From assembly GCA_964016885.1 (NCBI GenBank), contig OZ024741.1, positions 279,930,001-279,994,000 of the forward strand: a stretch of DNA of 64,000 bases. Direction: 5' to 3'. The notes under the pieces are model-generated. The model did not search any database, was not told the origin of the DNA, and was given only the letters and a program-made list of their open reading frames with translations. Of the stretch, positions 1-13,940 are shown one piece after another. A program made the translations under genes and the position numbers. Position 1 is the stretch's first letter, and each line of letters begins with the position of its first letter. This DNA is from Eledone cirrhosa (taxonomy: Eukaryota).

Positions 1-1233
1 TATATATATATGTATTTATATATATATATATATATATATATGTATTTATTTATATATATATATATATATGTATTTATATATATATATATATATATGTATT
101 TATATATATATGTATTTATTTATATATTTATATATTTATATATTTATATATATATAAATACATACATATATATATATATAAATACATACATATATATATA
201 TAAATACATACATATATATATATAAATACATACATATATATATATATAAATACATACATATATATATATATAAATACATACATATATATATATATAAATA
301 CATACATATATATATAAATACATACATATATATATATATAAATACATACATATATATATAAATACATACATACATACATATATAAATAAATAAGTACATA
401 CATATATAAATAAATAAGTACATACATATATATATAAATAAATAAGTACATACATATATAAATAAATACATACATATATATATAAATAAATACATACATA
501 TAAACACATACATACATATATATACAAATACATACATATATATATAAATACATACATATAAATACATACATATATATATAAATACATACATATATATATA
601 AATACATACATATATATATAAATACATACATATATATATAAATACATACATATATATATAAATACATACATATATATATAAATACATACATATATATATA
701 AATACATACATATATATATATAAATACATACATATATATATATAAATACATACATATATATATAAATACATACATATATATATATATAAATACATACATA
801 TATATATAAATACATACATATATATATAAATACATACATATATATATAAATACATACATATATATATAAATACATATATATATATATAAATACATACATA
901 TATATATAAATACATACATATATATATAAATACATATATATATATATAAATACATACATATATATATAAATACATACATATATATATAAATACATACATA
1001 CATATATATATAAATACATACATACATATATATATAAATACATGCATACATATATATATAAATACATGCATACATATATATATATATATAAATACATACA
1101 TATATATATATATATATATAAATACATACATATATAAATAAATACATACATAAATATGTATATATACATACATAAATATATATATATATATACATACATA
1201 TATATATACATACATGCATATATATATACATAC
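1..1233. repeat. Compound (TA)n/(TACA)n microsatellite with a ~20-bp higher-order unit (AATACATACATATATATATA)
   Basis: Directly visible. Confidence 0.97.
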
Positions 1234-1808
1234 ATGGTGGCTGCCAACTCGTTTTCGAGTACGGCCACTACTTTATATCCATGTAGGAAAACCCCTACCG
1301 ATGCGCTGAACGAGTGTGACTTTTTAGTCCAGCCAGCGACTTGAAAACTCTGGTACAAACACTACACCTGTGACAATTATTGACAGTGTTGGGCCCATGG
1401 CACCATGTGACGACAAGTGCAGAGAGATCTCCAGATATAAAGCAATGCCAGTGCCGTGAAGCTTTTATAGTGAGCAAAGGCACTGCACAAAGCCAGTCCC
1501 ACTCTCTTAACCAAGATGATATTTACCAAAAAGAAGAACAAGTCAACATCATTGGATACCATCTGGGTTGCAGGTGTTATATCAGAGTTTTCCTTCTCCT
1601 AGAATTCTGTCTTGACAAAGGCTAAGGGGTCATCTCTCCCGGTGATTTTGAATGGCCATTGACTCTTAAGAGCTCCTTTGCCCTTTGACAGGTTTTGTTT
1701 TTAGTCCTGCAGGATGTCCAAAGTCACCCTCCTCACCAAGAAACCTTGGTGGGGTTGCCAGTTTAGTCGCCAACGACCCGACCATGAGACAGGTTGTACT
1801 GGGATACA
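1234..1808 (-). mobile_element. Non-autonomous bipartite RTE-derived retroelement (RTE-like 5' UTR fused to an RTE 3' end with a C2H2 remnant), copy 1
   Basis: Near-identical copy at 61621-62226. The minus strand has an RTE 5'UTR-type motif TCTAGGAGAAGGAAAACTCTGA, a terminal [22 protein letters not shown] zinc-finger remnant, a 3' hairpin CTCG-AAAA-CGAG and a (TATG)n tail. Confidence 0.75.
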
Positions 1809-1841
1809 TGTTACTAGTAGCACCAACCGGTGACCTGACAT

Positions 1842-1986
1842 AACATACATACACATATATATACATACACATATATATACATACATACATATACATACAT
1901 ACATATATATACATACATACATATACATACATACATATATACACACACACATATACATATACATACATATATATACACACACACAT

Positions 1987-2019
<33 letters not shown>

Positions 2020-2162
2020 CATACATACATATATATATACATACACATACATACAGGTCAAATTTTGTTATAACGAATACCAGTATATCAGAATTTTCTC
2101 ACCCCGGCCACACACTCGAATTTTTTTTAATATCCCGTGAATTTTGTTATAAAGGAATTTCA

Positions 2163-2256
<94 letters not shown>

Positions 2257-2478
2257 TGGCACTATGCAAATTCCCAGAAGAACCCACAACATGGAATGAA
2301 GGTAACCAAAGGGCAGCAGCAACAAACTACCTCCTACATCAATGGCCAGCCAATGAGGCTGGATATAGAAACTGAAGCAAGAGCAGTGCCCAAGCATAGC
2401 CCCAGTCGGATGGCTGGAACAGGTAAAAAAGTATATATATGTATATATATATATATATATATATACATATGTATATAC

Positions 2479-2543
<65 letters not shown>

Positions 2544-2637
2544 TATACACAAATACATATACACATATATATCTACACATATACATATACACAAATACAT
2601 ATACACATATATATCTACACATATACATACACACACA
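1842..2637. repeat. TA/TACA microsatellite blocks (1842-2054, 2166-2256, 2432-2637) separated by short unique inserts
   Basis: Directly visible. Confidence 0.9.
2257..2431 (+). mobile_element. SINE-like 3' fragment embedded in (TA)n
   Basis: Ends in CGGATGGCTGGAACAGGTAAAA, nearly identical to the isolated 36943-36977 piece (CGGATGGCTGAAACAGGTAAAAG). Both are followed directly by TA arrays. Confidence 0.5.
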
Positions 2638-3279
2638 TTTATTTTAAATTAAAATAAAGAACAGGCATAAAATGATGATACTATATATAAAGGAGCTTTT
2701 TCAGTAACTGCTTTGTGGGATAAAACTCTTCAGATAAGAAAACAGAAAGCTAGGTTTAAAATTGACAATATAATATTTAATGTGACATTTTATAAAATCT
2801 ATTTCATTTTTTTTTTATATTACCTAAACCTCAAAGTCAATAAATATTGTTAAAAATATTTATTAAAAAGTACCATTAATGATAAGGAGGAGAAAGAGAA
2901 GATGACGACAATGATAAAAAGAAAAAAAATACTTTGTCATAGATGTGAGTTTGAATTCAAGAATAATTTTATTATATATATTTTTTTTAAAAACCAACCA
3001 AGATTAAAAGAAATTACAGAAATGCAAATCGCATTGTTAACTGAAACATTAAGCAATGAAGTAGTAAACTATAAAGATCAGTTCAGTCACAAGTTATTGG
3101 TGTTCATAAATGCCAGCTTATGTGAATAAATATAGGTTCATACATAAAAGAGAATACTGGATACTTATAGAGCGTGTATTATTCATTTATTTAAAATTCG
3201 AAAGTTCTACAGTTTCTTTTTGCACAGAATTTTTATCAAAAGCTATTGTTTTGAAATGGTTTTAAAAATTACAATAGGC

Positions 3280-3600
3280 TTTAATTGTGCTGCATTGTGT
3301 TATAGGATCTATCTTGTTTCCGATGGTGTGTCCTCCAGTTGTTTGAACATTGGAACTGCCTGCCCCCTAGTGTAAATTGACTGCACATTCCACAAACATG
3401 TGCACCCTTAATGTAGTTCTCAAGGAAATTTGGCATAACAGAATGACAAGGCTGACCCCTTGAATAATAGGTACAACTCATTTTTGTCAGCTGAGTGAAC
3501 TGAATCAATATGATATTCAAGGACATATGTGCCACTCAATCCAGGAATTAAGCTCATGGCCTTATGATAATGAGTCCAGTACCCTAACCACTATGCCATA
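3280..3600 (-). mobile_element. Old tRNA-derived SINE (family 2)
   Basis: Shares the ...AGTGAACTG..CAA..TGA..CAAGGACA...TGAGTCC...CCTAACCACT module with 7160-7440, 10008-10330 and 21690-21782. Confidence 0.55.
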
Positions 3601-3914
3601 TGCCTTTGCACTACATTGTACAATCAATATTCTACTTTCTTGGACATTTTAAGCCTGGCAGAGCCCATCCCTATCCAGGTCTGAACACAGCAGATTTCTT
3701 CCAGAGAGGGATAGAAAGTGAGAGAGAAGAAGTGAGAAAGGAATATAGATCTCAGCAGGATTTGAACTCAGAGAGTAGAGAGCCAGAAATGAATACCGCA
3801 AAGCATTTTCTTCAACATTCTAATGACTGCCAATTACCTCTTATCCATACACAAAGTGGAACACAGTTGAGAAAGCTCATGTAGCTAAAATTTCAATATT
3901 GAGATAATGCTTAA

Positions 3915-4327
3915 CCCTTTAGCATTTTCATTATTCTATATTTGGGCGGTGGATTGGCAGTATCGGTAGAGAGTCGGACACCATGCTTTGAAGCATAGAG
4001 TTACGTCCCTTTATGATCTAAGTTCAAATCCCGCCGAGGTTAACTTTGCCTTTCATCCTTACGGGGTCGATAAAATAAAGTACCAGTAATGTACTGGGTA
4101 ATTGCTGGCCTTGTGCCTAAAATAGAAACAATTATTCTATATTTGATATTGTAATTTTGCAGTAAAGACTTTATCTCATAGTCTCAAATCTACGAGATTT
4201 TGATAATGATGATGTTTATTTTGAGAACAACATCTTAATGTCAGCATGAGCAGCTGATTACGGCTGGTTTAAACAGAAATAATGGAGAAAATTTTGGCCA
4301 TATACAGCAGGTGTAAATGCTAATGGG
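3915..4327. mobile_element. piggyBac-type MITE (interrupted by a SINE)
   Basis: TTAA target duplications at 3911-3914 and 4328-4331, with TIRs CCCTTTAGCATT / AATGCTAATGGG. Confidence 0.75.
3945..4130 (+). mobile_element. tRNA-derived SINE (family 1, Meta-like core GCCTTTCATCC..GGGGTCGATAAAAT..GTACCAG)
   Basis: A-box-like TGGCAGTATCGG and B-box GTTCAAATCC. Perfect 15-bp TSD ATTATTCTATATTTG at 3930-3944 and 4131-4145. Confidence 0.88.
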
Positions 4328-5591
4328 TTAAAAGATTCATACACCAAAATTCTAATTAGTGGATTATTGCAGACAAAAAAATTGTTAAAATTTCAAGTGA
4401 ACATCAAAAAGCTCAATTGGTGTAGTACCTAAGTCAAAATCAAACTCTGTTAAGTGCAGTGAAATACAGTATCTGACATAAGAATGATGCAAGCAACATT
4501 AACAAAGGAAAAAAAGGAATGGTTAGATAATAACATCTTCAGTGACTCAAAACAAGTTGAAAATAGCATTCTCTCTTTAACAGTAAATTATTATTTATAG
4601 GCATAAGAACTTAGGAAAGATGTTAATATCTATAAAGAAGGAAGAGAAATATATAGCAGTAGTAACTTGCTTTCGAGCACATTAGAAATTGGATTTATAG
4701 ACATTTTATAATTTAAAAAAAATTTTTTTTTTGTTCAACCCTGACTAGTCTCCTTTTGTATGTAAATGGAAATATGTTTTCAGGACATTTCAGTGACATT
4801 AGATTTCACTGTAGGATACTTCTAGAAATATTCACCAGTAAATACAATGAAATTCCATTCACTACTAAATGCACAAGCATGCACATATACATACATGCTC
4901 CTGCACGCCCTATGGCTACTTGCAATATTGTTTGGCTTTATATCCAAGTAATGTTGTTATTCAATTCTATTCACACTATCCTCTGCTTTCTTCTCCCAAG
5001 TGTCTAAAATAGCATTAATGGAACCATTATATCCCTTTGACTAAAAAGCTTGAATAATTTTCAAACCCATTTCTGCAATTAGATCATTTCCTCATTGCCA
5101 TAGATATGCACAATGAATCCCAACTGTAATAATCATCTTTCTAGTTTATTTCAATATTAATTCATGCAGAGTACATATGGGAGTATGCACACATGAGCTT
5201 TCATGTATAACGCATTTTAATGCTTACATAAATGTATGCATGTATGCATCAAGCAAATATTATGCCTGTAATATATGCATATTTACATGCCTAGTAATCA
5301 GCTATGACTTTTGTGGTATTAACAAATAATAGATAAAGCTCTAACTAGATAAGACAATAATCAGTCATAAGTAGTTTCCCAGAAAGTTTTGAGAACATCT
5401 CACAAAATAAGGTAAGTGGAATAAGGCTTCTCATCCCATAACAAAATACAAGCAGCTTGCAACATATGAGCCCCAAGTCTGATATTTTATTCTCTTGATC
5501 ATTTCTCAGCTATAATTACAAGATTACCAGTGCAATACTTGTAAGCAACTCTAATTTCAGCACTAAAAAGATAAAAAAAAAAAATAGTTTT

Positions 5592-5860
5592 CATCATCAT
5601 CATCATCATCGTCGTTGTCGTTTAATGCCTGCTTTCCCTGCTAGCAAGGGTTGGATGGCTCTACATAGACCAATTCAATACTGATGTGGAACTACCGACC
5701 TTCTAGACAGGCCAGACGGGGTGGGGTGTCTGCATCTCACTTACATATGGTCTCACGTTAGAACACAAGAGAGGTTGTCATGCCTTCGATACAACTAAAA
5801 GGTCCTCTCAACCCTTTGTTTGGCAAGCTCTCTACAGTTGGATGCCCTTCCTACCACCAA
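5592..5860 (-). mobile_element. Decayed RTE 3'-end-related element with (CAT)n tail
   Basis: (CAT)n followed by TTTAATG..TTTCC.TGCTAGCA.GGGTTGGA..GGATGCCCTTCCT..CACCAAC, as in the RTE 3' UTRs of this window. Similar relics lie at ~8560-8720, ~9893-9960, ~14944-15300, ~22600-22745 (+) and ~23570-23850 (+). Confidence 0.6.
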
Positions 5861-7029
5861 CACTGAGGTTGTCATGTCCTTAAATCAGATATATGCACAT
5901 ACAGGTATGTTCATGAATATGCTTAGAATAGAAACATGTTCTATGTATATTATATCTCAGAAAAGATATAAAATACACAAAAAAAAAAACTCTAGAGAAG
6001 GCATTAAAACACTGAAATCAGATTTGTAATTGGAAATCCTAAAGATTAAATCAAATTATCCACATAAAAATTATTTACTGTTAGCTAACAGGATTGAACA
6101 GCAGTAGCAGGTCTACATATTTAAATATAGCAAAATAAAAAGAGTATTCATATATGAATAAAAATATAAATTATATGGAAATCTTTTGTGATGACAACCT
6201 TTCATCTCCAAGGAGATGAATGTTTGAGTCCAACTGATTTCTTATATGTTGCTTTCCTTTTATATGACAACTCTTTACAAAAGCACATTTTGCTTTATTT
6301 GAACATGTAAAATATTTTAGCATATAAACTGTACTAAAACACTAATGTACTTGCTAATTAGTTTGATTGGATTCTAGACTACTTGATATAGATTTTTTTT
6401 TATGTTACAGAGTGGATAGTTACATGCATTTCCATCTTCATTATAGTTATTATTACTATAGAGAGTAAAGCATCAGACTAAATGCCTTTTGATATTCATT
6501 TATATCATTTCAGGTTCTGAGTTAAACTAAATCACTTATAGCCATCTCCCCTACATGATTTCAATTACCAACTATATCCTGTTCCCTTGGTTACTATTGA
6601 GAAGGCATGAAAATATAAAATAGTGGGAAGGTATAACACGTTACATCTCCCTCCATCCCTCCTTAAAACCCTAGGGTTTTTGCTTATGTAAAACCAATTA
6701 TTATTACTTTTGGAAATACAGAATAGTTGGCACAAACAATACAGCCTCAAACTAGATGTTTTACAGTATCTGGTTTGAGGTGTCAGGTTTCTTGAACTAC
6801 AATCCTAATACAGTCAACTTGGCTTTTCTTTTAAAGAATTAATAAAATATGGTAGATTATATGTCTTCAGACCATACTTAAGATTTCTTTGCATGACCAC
6901 ATCTCAAATAAAGAGGTGACAAAAAGGGCCCTGGCTGAGTAATCTGTGAAATACCATTACTGTAGTATGGCAGAAGATGCTAGGCCAAATGTTACACATG
7001 TCAACGAAGAGACCAGTGAGGGTCCCACT

Positions 7030-7500
7030 CAAATGAAAAAATTGAAGAAAGGCATAGAAAACAAGGCAAACCCATGAAGACCTGGTTGAGGTCTGCGGAG
7101 GAAGATCTGGCAGACATAGGCCTGGCCTGGGAGCAAGCCTATGATAAGGCTTGTTACTTAAAAGTTGAAGTCTGTTCTAAGCTGAAGGCTCATCAGACCG
7201 GTGCTTATCTCCAGTTTCCTTGGCGTTAAGTAACAGAGTACAAGCCTTTCTCTGGATAGGATGCTGGTTTATCTCGGGATTAACACCCCAGCTACTGCTG
7301 GTACTCACTCTCAGTAGAGTGTACTTGAGCAATATGAAATAGTGCTTTGCTCAAGAACACATTACAACACCCTGTCCAGGAATTGAACCAATGACATTAT
7401 GATCATAAGTCCAACATCCTAACAATTGGGCCATGCAGCTTGCAACCATGCCAAATCTTTTATCATCCAATGCTCCACAGGGGACAAAGGGAACTAAAGA
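7030..7500 (+). mobile_element. Old RTE C-terminal fragment (RKQGKPMKTWLRSAEEDL) interrupted by a family-2 SINE at ~7160-7440 (-)
   Basis: GRP-TW-like motif. The SINE module is shared with other copies in the window. Confidence 0.5.
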
Positions 7501-8304
7501 AGATGTGTCTTCCTGATGAAATTCAACTTCTCAAAACAGTTCTTTGTAATTATTATTATACACGAGAGGAGATAGAGAGGGAAGATTGCTGTGAACCATG
7601 AAGGTGAGTTAGCTTTGATCCTCCCTTAATGCCATTTCATTTATGTTGATAACACCCTGGGGAAAGAGACATGAACTGTAAATCTCTCTATTCTTTTCAG
7701 TACTACCAACACAACATCACCAAAACCAGAAAAAGAAATCATATTGTTGAACTATTGCTAGCTCTTTATAAAGTTCAGACAGATTTACACAAGAGTGAAG
7801 TTTACACATCTTGGATGGTCAACTCCCTCCATATATGCATGTAGACAAGATAAGAAAAAGATAAGCCTTGCTTTCCAATTATGTCCTCTATCTACTGCTA
7901 GTTTAATAGTTCTCCTCTCATCCTTTTCCTACCATATTTCAAACAAAACACACCACCCGTGTCTATCAATTAATTTTGTAAATAATCAACAATTTGATGG
8001 GATTTAGTAAAATAACTAACCATATTAATAAACTGGTGTTTAGTACATAGCTTAAAGATATTCTTCCATAACATTAGACTTTTTTAGTTTAAATATGAAT
8101 AGTTTAAAACAAGAGGTTTGTCATTGTAGAATTGCAGCAGGTTCGGGCAGATTGGTAATCAAAAGGACTAACACACACACCCATTTCCTCTGGCACAATT
8201 CAAGCTAAATATAAACTACACATGGCTTCGCCTGTTATCATACAATACAGTAAAAGATAGGTTGAAATGGATGTTTAGCTCTTCTCAAAGAAATGGAAAT
8301 TTAA

Positions 8305-8426
<122 letters not shown>

Positions 8427-9678
8427 GTGACCTAATTTTTTTTTTTTTAAACCTACACTATATGAAAAATATTTATCCTCAATTTATAAATTTATAAAAC
8501 ATTCCATTCTGAGAGATTCAGTCATTTGTTCAATTTTTTAAATGTATTTTCTATGTTCTATCATCATCATCACCCTTTAACATCCAATTTTACATGCTAG
8601 CATGGGTTGGACGAGTTGTCCCTTTAAGATAAGCCAGATCAGATGACCATCTTTTGCTCATATAGAACTGATTTTGGCTTGGTTTCTATGGCTGGATGCC
8701 CTTCCTGATGCCAACCACATTTACAGTGTAGACTGGGTGATGGGTAAGGTGTTAAGATTGTGGGAGGTGTATAGAAGGGGGAGGGAGTGTAAAGCAGTGC
8801 CTATTGTGCACATGGGAAGACAGGTCTTCTTTATTTCTGCATTTATATAATCAAGTACTGTATATTTTATTTGTGTGTGTATAGATAATTTATAAATAAA
8901 ACATTTAAAATGCCATAGTGATCTTTAATACATGATGGTTGTTTCTAATTAAACTGGAATTTCCACAGGGTCAACTAATTTGTTGTAAAGTGTTTATATT
9001 TCAATTTAAACCTTCCATCATAATTTTAGGTAAGAAACTTTTATTATATTTCAAGCACCATATTAACTTAATCACTCCAAATTTTGGATTAATTTTAAAT
9101 CACAGGTAGTGTCTTTCATTGAAAATATAATAATGAAAGTGTTAAAATGATTTCTTACACACAAGTATAAATTCCCTGAAATTCATAGAGGATTGTTGTT
9201 GTTTAGCCCCAAGTCAACACTGAATTAGTAGACCTATAACCAAATAGGTCCCAGTAAGGCTATTTTGTATTTTTAATCTAACACTGTAACATTATCCAAT
9301 GAGTATGCCACCTTTAAGACAATAGTGTGTAGTGAGGGAGATTTGGCTGCTACTTCTAGCAGGTTCAACTTCTACATAAAGGCTTTGTCTGTGGGCATCT
9401 TTACATATGAATGCCCATTTCATGAGCTTTCATGTATAACACATTTTAATGCTTACATGCATGTATGTATAAAGCAAATATCATGTCTGTAATATATGCA
9501 TATGTACATGCCTAGTAATCAGCTCTGACTTTTGAAGTGAAATATATAATTGTGAATCAAAATTGGAATATACAAACTTTGAATCACTGAGAAATCACTG
9601 CAGATGAAAAAAAAACAATAGCAACAACAAAAATGTTATGGTTAAATTTTAAAATATTTGGCAAAGATCTTTGCTTAC

Positions 9679-9755
9679 CACGACAAAATACAATCAGAGA
9701 AAGTCTCGAAACTGGTGAAGAGAGCGAAAACAATCCAATACATCATCCATTTTAC
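9679..9755 (-). CDS. REEP: Internal coding exon of a receptor expression-enhancing protein (REEP1-4 subfamily; TB2/DP1/HVA22 domain)
   Basis: Minus strand reads polypyrimidine-TACAG|GTAAAATGGATGATG...TTGTCGTG|GTAAGC. The 77 bp encode [25 protein letters not shown](W), matching the REEP1-4 signature [13 protein letters not shown]. Phase 0 in and phase 2 out. Not shown in the ORF track. Confidence 0.92.
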
Positions 9756-10007
9756 CTGTAAAAAGAAAAAAAATACAATAATTTAATATTCGTACAGTTT
9801 ACTGTTTTCAAAGGCTATGCACAATATATTGAATGTAAAATAAAAGGAAAACAAAAGTGAAACAAATATAATGATTGCTTATAGAATATCATCATCAACA
9901 TCCTGTTTTATTGATAGCAAATTTCTACAGTCAGATGTCTTTCCTGACACCAACCCATACTGACTAAGCAATGTTTTAAAAGCAAAGATGTACACAAACA
10001 CACATAG

Positions 10008-10326
10008 GTAAAGCCTCCCTTTGGTCATGAATGACCATAGGATTTATACCTAGAAAGTTTCCCTTCTAAGTCACAAGTCCAAGCAAAGTTGCTTGTGGAA
10101 GACCAGCAGTCATCCATGCATACCAGTTTTCCCTCTCCATGCCACCGATGTTATCCAAGGGAAAGGCAATGGCCAATACAGTGTGGCAGCAATGACATCA
10201 CAACTCATTTCTACAGCAGAGTGAACTGGAGCAACATGAAATAAAGCATCGTGTCAAGGACACAACACATCACCCGGTCCGAGAATCAAACTTGGAACCT
10301 CACGATTGTAAGCCCAATGCTCTAAC

Positions 10327-10330
<4 letters not shown>
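10008..10330 (-). mobile_element. tRNA-derived SINE (family 2)
   Basis: GAGTGAACTGGAGCAACATGAAATAAAG...AAGGACACAAC...CTCTAACCAC module. Confidence 0.7.
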
Positions 10331-10358
<28 letters not shown>

Positions 10359-10919
10359 CATGTATGAACAACAAGCTTTCAGAATTCCCAATTAGTAAAT
10401 TCCCTAACAAGGCACTGAACTCATGAACTCAGAACTCCATGCTTTAGAAGTGAACTTCTAAATCATTCACCTATTATATATTTTATTAATGTTATCACAG
10501 AAGAATAGATGGTTAAAATTATAGAATTCTGAATAAAATGCATTATTATTAATTCAGTTCAATTGTTTCTGAGTTATAAATTTTGCTAAGACAACTTCAC
10601 TGGATCATTTATTTCCCAAGTCTAACAATAGTTAATTGGAAAAAGGTATTTTATTATTTCTCTGCAAATTTTAATATTTGCAAACTTATAGTGCATGTCT
10701 TTTTTTATAGTTGAAAGCTTCTCAACAGTGAAGCGAGAATAAAACCTGGAATTACCCAGGTAAAGCAGTGTAGTACAGTTGAGACACAATACATCAGATG
10801 TAATATACTTCCACTTTGCATTTATCAATGTGATTGGTCCATTGGGTTTCATTTTCTAAGGGAAAGAATGACATTTAATCTATTCCATGTTGTTGTAGCA
10901 GCAGTAGTAGTAGTAGTTT

Positions 10920-11110
10920 CTAATTTAAGCATAATGCCAGTAGCTTGATTAACCTCAGTACTTGGCTGGTACTATATTTCAATGACCCTGAAAGGATGAA
11001 AGGCAAAGTTGACCATGACAGAATTCGAAACTAGAACACAGAGAGCCATAACAAAATATTGCTATGTATTTTATCAGATACATTAGAGATTCTGCCAATC
11101 CACAGCCCTT
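10920..11110 (-). mobile_element. SINE family 1 copy
   Basis: Reverse complement of the core: GACCCTGAAAGGATGAAAGGCAAAGTTGACC. Confidence 0.75.
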
Positions 11111-11114
11111 ATCT

Positions 11115-13940
11115 TAATAATAATAAATAATAATAATAATAATGATACTTTCTTTATTAACCACAAGGGTTGACATAAAGTAGACATTAAGGACAGTACA
11201 GGACAATACAGGACGGTACAAATGGGCATTTCTGCGTGTAAAAAAACAAAAACAGAGGATGTAATAAAAATAACAATGAAAAATTCCCCAATAGGGGGGA
11301 GACTTCGGAGGGACATTTGTGGAGAAAGCCCATTAAAAGGCCACAGTGACCCTGACCACCAGGGCAAGTGCCCTCTCCCAGTTTTCCACCTTTAATTTAC
11401 AGACACATACTCAGAGTAGGCCCATTCACTCGGGCCCTTCTTGCTTCTCTCACCCATCTTTCAACAAAATGCTGGGAAGAGAGCACTTCCCTCTCTACCC
11501 TGATTTTCCTTTTCAAATGAAATTTGAAAAAGTCAATCAGGGCATCACCGAAGAGGTAAGTGCTCGTCTTCAGCCCTTTCAAACGTGTCCACCATACTAT
11601 CTCTTTCGCCATGGCCACCCGACAGATAAAAACTGCCTGCCCTTCCCGGCTAAAGGAAGAGGGCGGGGCAATCCTCACGATGGACTCAGCTGATAGCCGG
11701 ATCCGTCCTACACGCGACAGCAGGTGTTCGACATAAACCCACAAGTCAGCAATTCTCGGACACTGGACGAGTGCGTGCAGGACGATTTCGTCGCCCTGTG
11801 CGCATCTCTGACATGCCTGGCTGACGGCACCTCCATGCCTGTAGAGTTTATCCCGAACAGGCAAGGCTCCTCGGTAGCACTGCCGGGCCAGGGATTTCTG
11901 GAAGTTGTCCATAGGCCCTGGCCCGAAAGTTCTTCCGAAGAGATTGGCTAGTTGATTTTCGTCGAGGCCTAGAGTTTCCCCAAGTCCGTCGTCGCTCTTC
12001 CCCTCCACTAATCCTCTATAGAATGCCGATGCCGAGGTGGAGTTTCCACTGATCACATTGCCCGATTGGTCGAGGGCTGTGAGCGCCTGAAGACATTCCA
12101 GTCTCCAAGCGCTCCCTCTCGGTCTTCGCTTGACCCAGGACTGCAGCTCCGTCAAGGAAACGAGCTGGGGAAAGACGCGTCTAGCAAACAGCGACCACAC
12201 CTGATCACCGTCGAGGAAGAGATGTCGTAGCCTGAGCGCAAGTCTGCGCATCATTAGCCACGGCATGCACAGCCCTCCACGTAGCGGGTGTTGACAGCAG
12301 ATGGACCGCCTGACCATCGGAGCGCATCTCTTCCACAAAAAGTGAAAGAGCAAACGCTCCAGCGCAGTCAGGCGAGGCTTAGGACAAGCCACGACGGTCA
12401 GGCGGTAGTAGATGATGGATGCGATGTACGCGTTAGCCACCTCCGCTCGACCTTTCAGGGATAGCTTCCTCTCCGCCCATTTCTGGGTGAGAGAAGCCAC
12501 CCTGCTTGTCACCTCGTCCCAGTTTGGGTCCGTCTGGAGGTCCGGACCAAACCAGACCCTTAACAATTTAACTGGTTCGTCTGTCCAGCGCCCAACGACG
12601 CCGTTGGACGGCATGGACCTGCCTCTCCAGGTGCCGAGCTGCAGGCCCACCGACTTTTCCTGGTTGATCATTGCTCCTGTCACCGCTTCGTATTCTCTTA
12701 GTGTAGTGCCGATCACCTCGATGCGTTTGGCGTTCAACACCACTACGGTGACATCGTCCGCATATGCTGACACGGATCTTCCGCTACCTAGTTCGCGCGG
12801 GACCCCCCCCCCCCCTCAACGTCTCCAGTTTGTGCAGTAATGGCTCGAGAGTAAATATGTACAAGAGGGACATCCTTGGTGGACCGAGCGCATGATGTTG
12901 AACGGTTCCGAAAGGTGACCGTTCACCCTCACCACAGAGCAGATGTCGCTGTGCATGGCAGCGATCCAGCCTCTGAAGACGGGCCCAAAGCCAGTTGCCC
13001 TCAGGACTGCCGCCAGATAACGATGGTCGACCCTATCGAAAGCTTTCGACTGATCTAAATTGATCAAGGACCCACCCGTGCCAGGTTCCCTAGCTAACCG
13101 CTCGACGATGTATCGCATGAGGTGGAGGTTGTCGTGGATGGATCTGTTAGGAATGGCGCATGTCTGCGCCTCTCCTACCAGACCACCAACGACAAGCGCC
13201 AACCTCTTTGCTAGCACCTTGACCAAAATCTTGAACTCTGTGTTTAGAAGAGTTATGGGCCTGAAATTATCTATGCTATCTCCCTTGTTCGGATTCTTTT
13301 TCAGCAGCGCCACCGCTCCGCGGCTCACAGAGCTGGGAATTCTCCCGTTCTGTTGCCAGTTGCAGTAGACGTCCGCCAAGAGGCCTCCGAACAAGTCTGG
13401 CATCTGTACGTAAAGTTCATAGGGCAGACCATCCAAACGAGGCGATTTACCCCTTGTGCAGCCAGTCATTGCCTCCCGTACTTCAGCGGCTGTTATTGGC
13501 TTTTCGCAACACTCCGCCTCAGTGGCCGAGAGCCGCGGCAGTCCGTCAAGGTAGACACTAAAGTCCATCCCTTGATCCGGCCCGCCGCTGCCCCCAAACA
13601 GCTGAGCGAAGTGTCGCTGAAAAGCTTAACACATTTACCCCGGGATCGAGTAGCATGTGCCCGCCGTGGTCCACCAAAGACCGGATCGTGGCTTTGTTGT
13701 CACGACGCACCTCCGCCACTCGGGCCCATTGAACGGCTTTCGTCCCCTCGTGTCTGAGAGCACGCACCCTAGCTCTGACAACGCAGCCTTCGTGCTTTGC
13801 ATTGAAGAATTGGTCAAGGGCCAATTTCGCCGCAAGTACGTCGGTCGCGATGCCTTTGCTAAGCGCCTCGTCTATTTTTCTAACTAGTTCTCCCTCTGCT
13901 CTATTTTTCTCTATTGCTAAAGCCTTACTAAACCTAATGG
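11115..13940 (-). mobile_element. 5'-truncated Tx1/L1-group non-LTR retrotransposon with a frameshifted ORF2 (RT plus C-terminal CCHC finger)
   Basis: Consecutive ORFs 13558-13940, 12816-13568 and 11397-12773 give [43 protein letters not shown] and CQRC..E..H...QCP. AATAAA at 11153-11158 (-). (TAA)n on both sides. Confidence 0.92.

Noticed and set aside
3945-4040. tRNA gene
   Set aside because: The A/B boxes belong to a SINE head with a TSD and multiple copies, and there is no cloverleaf.
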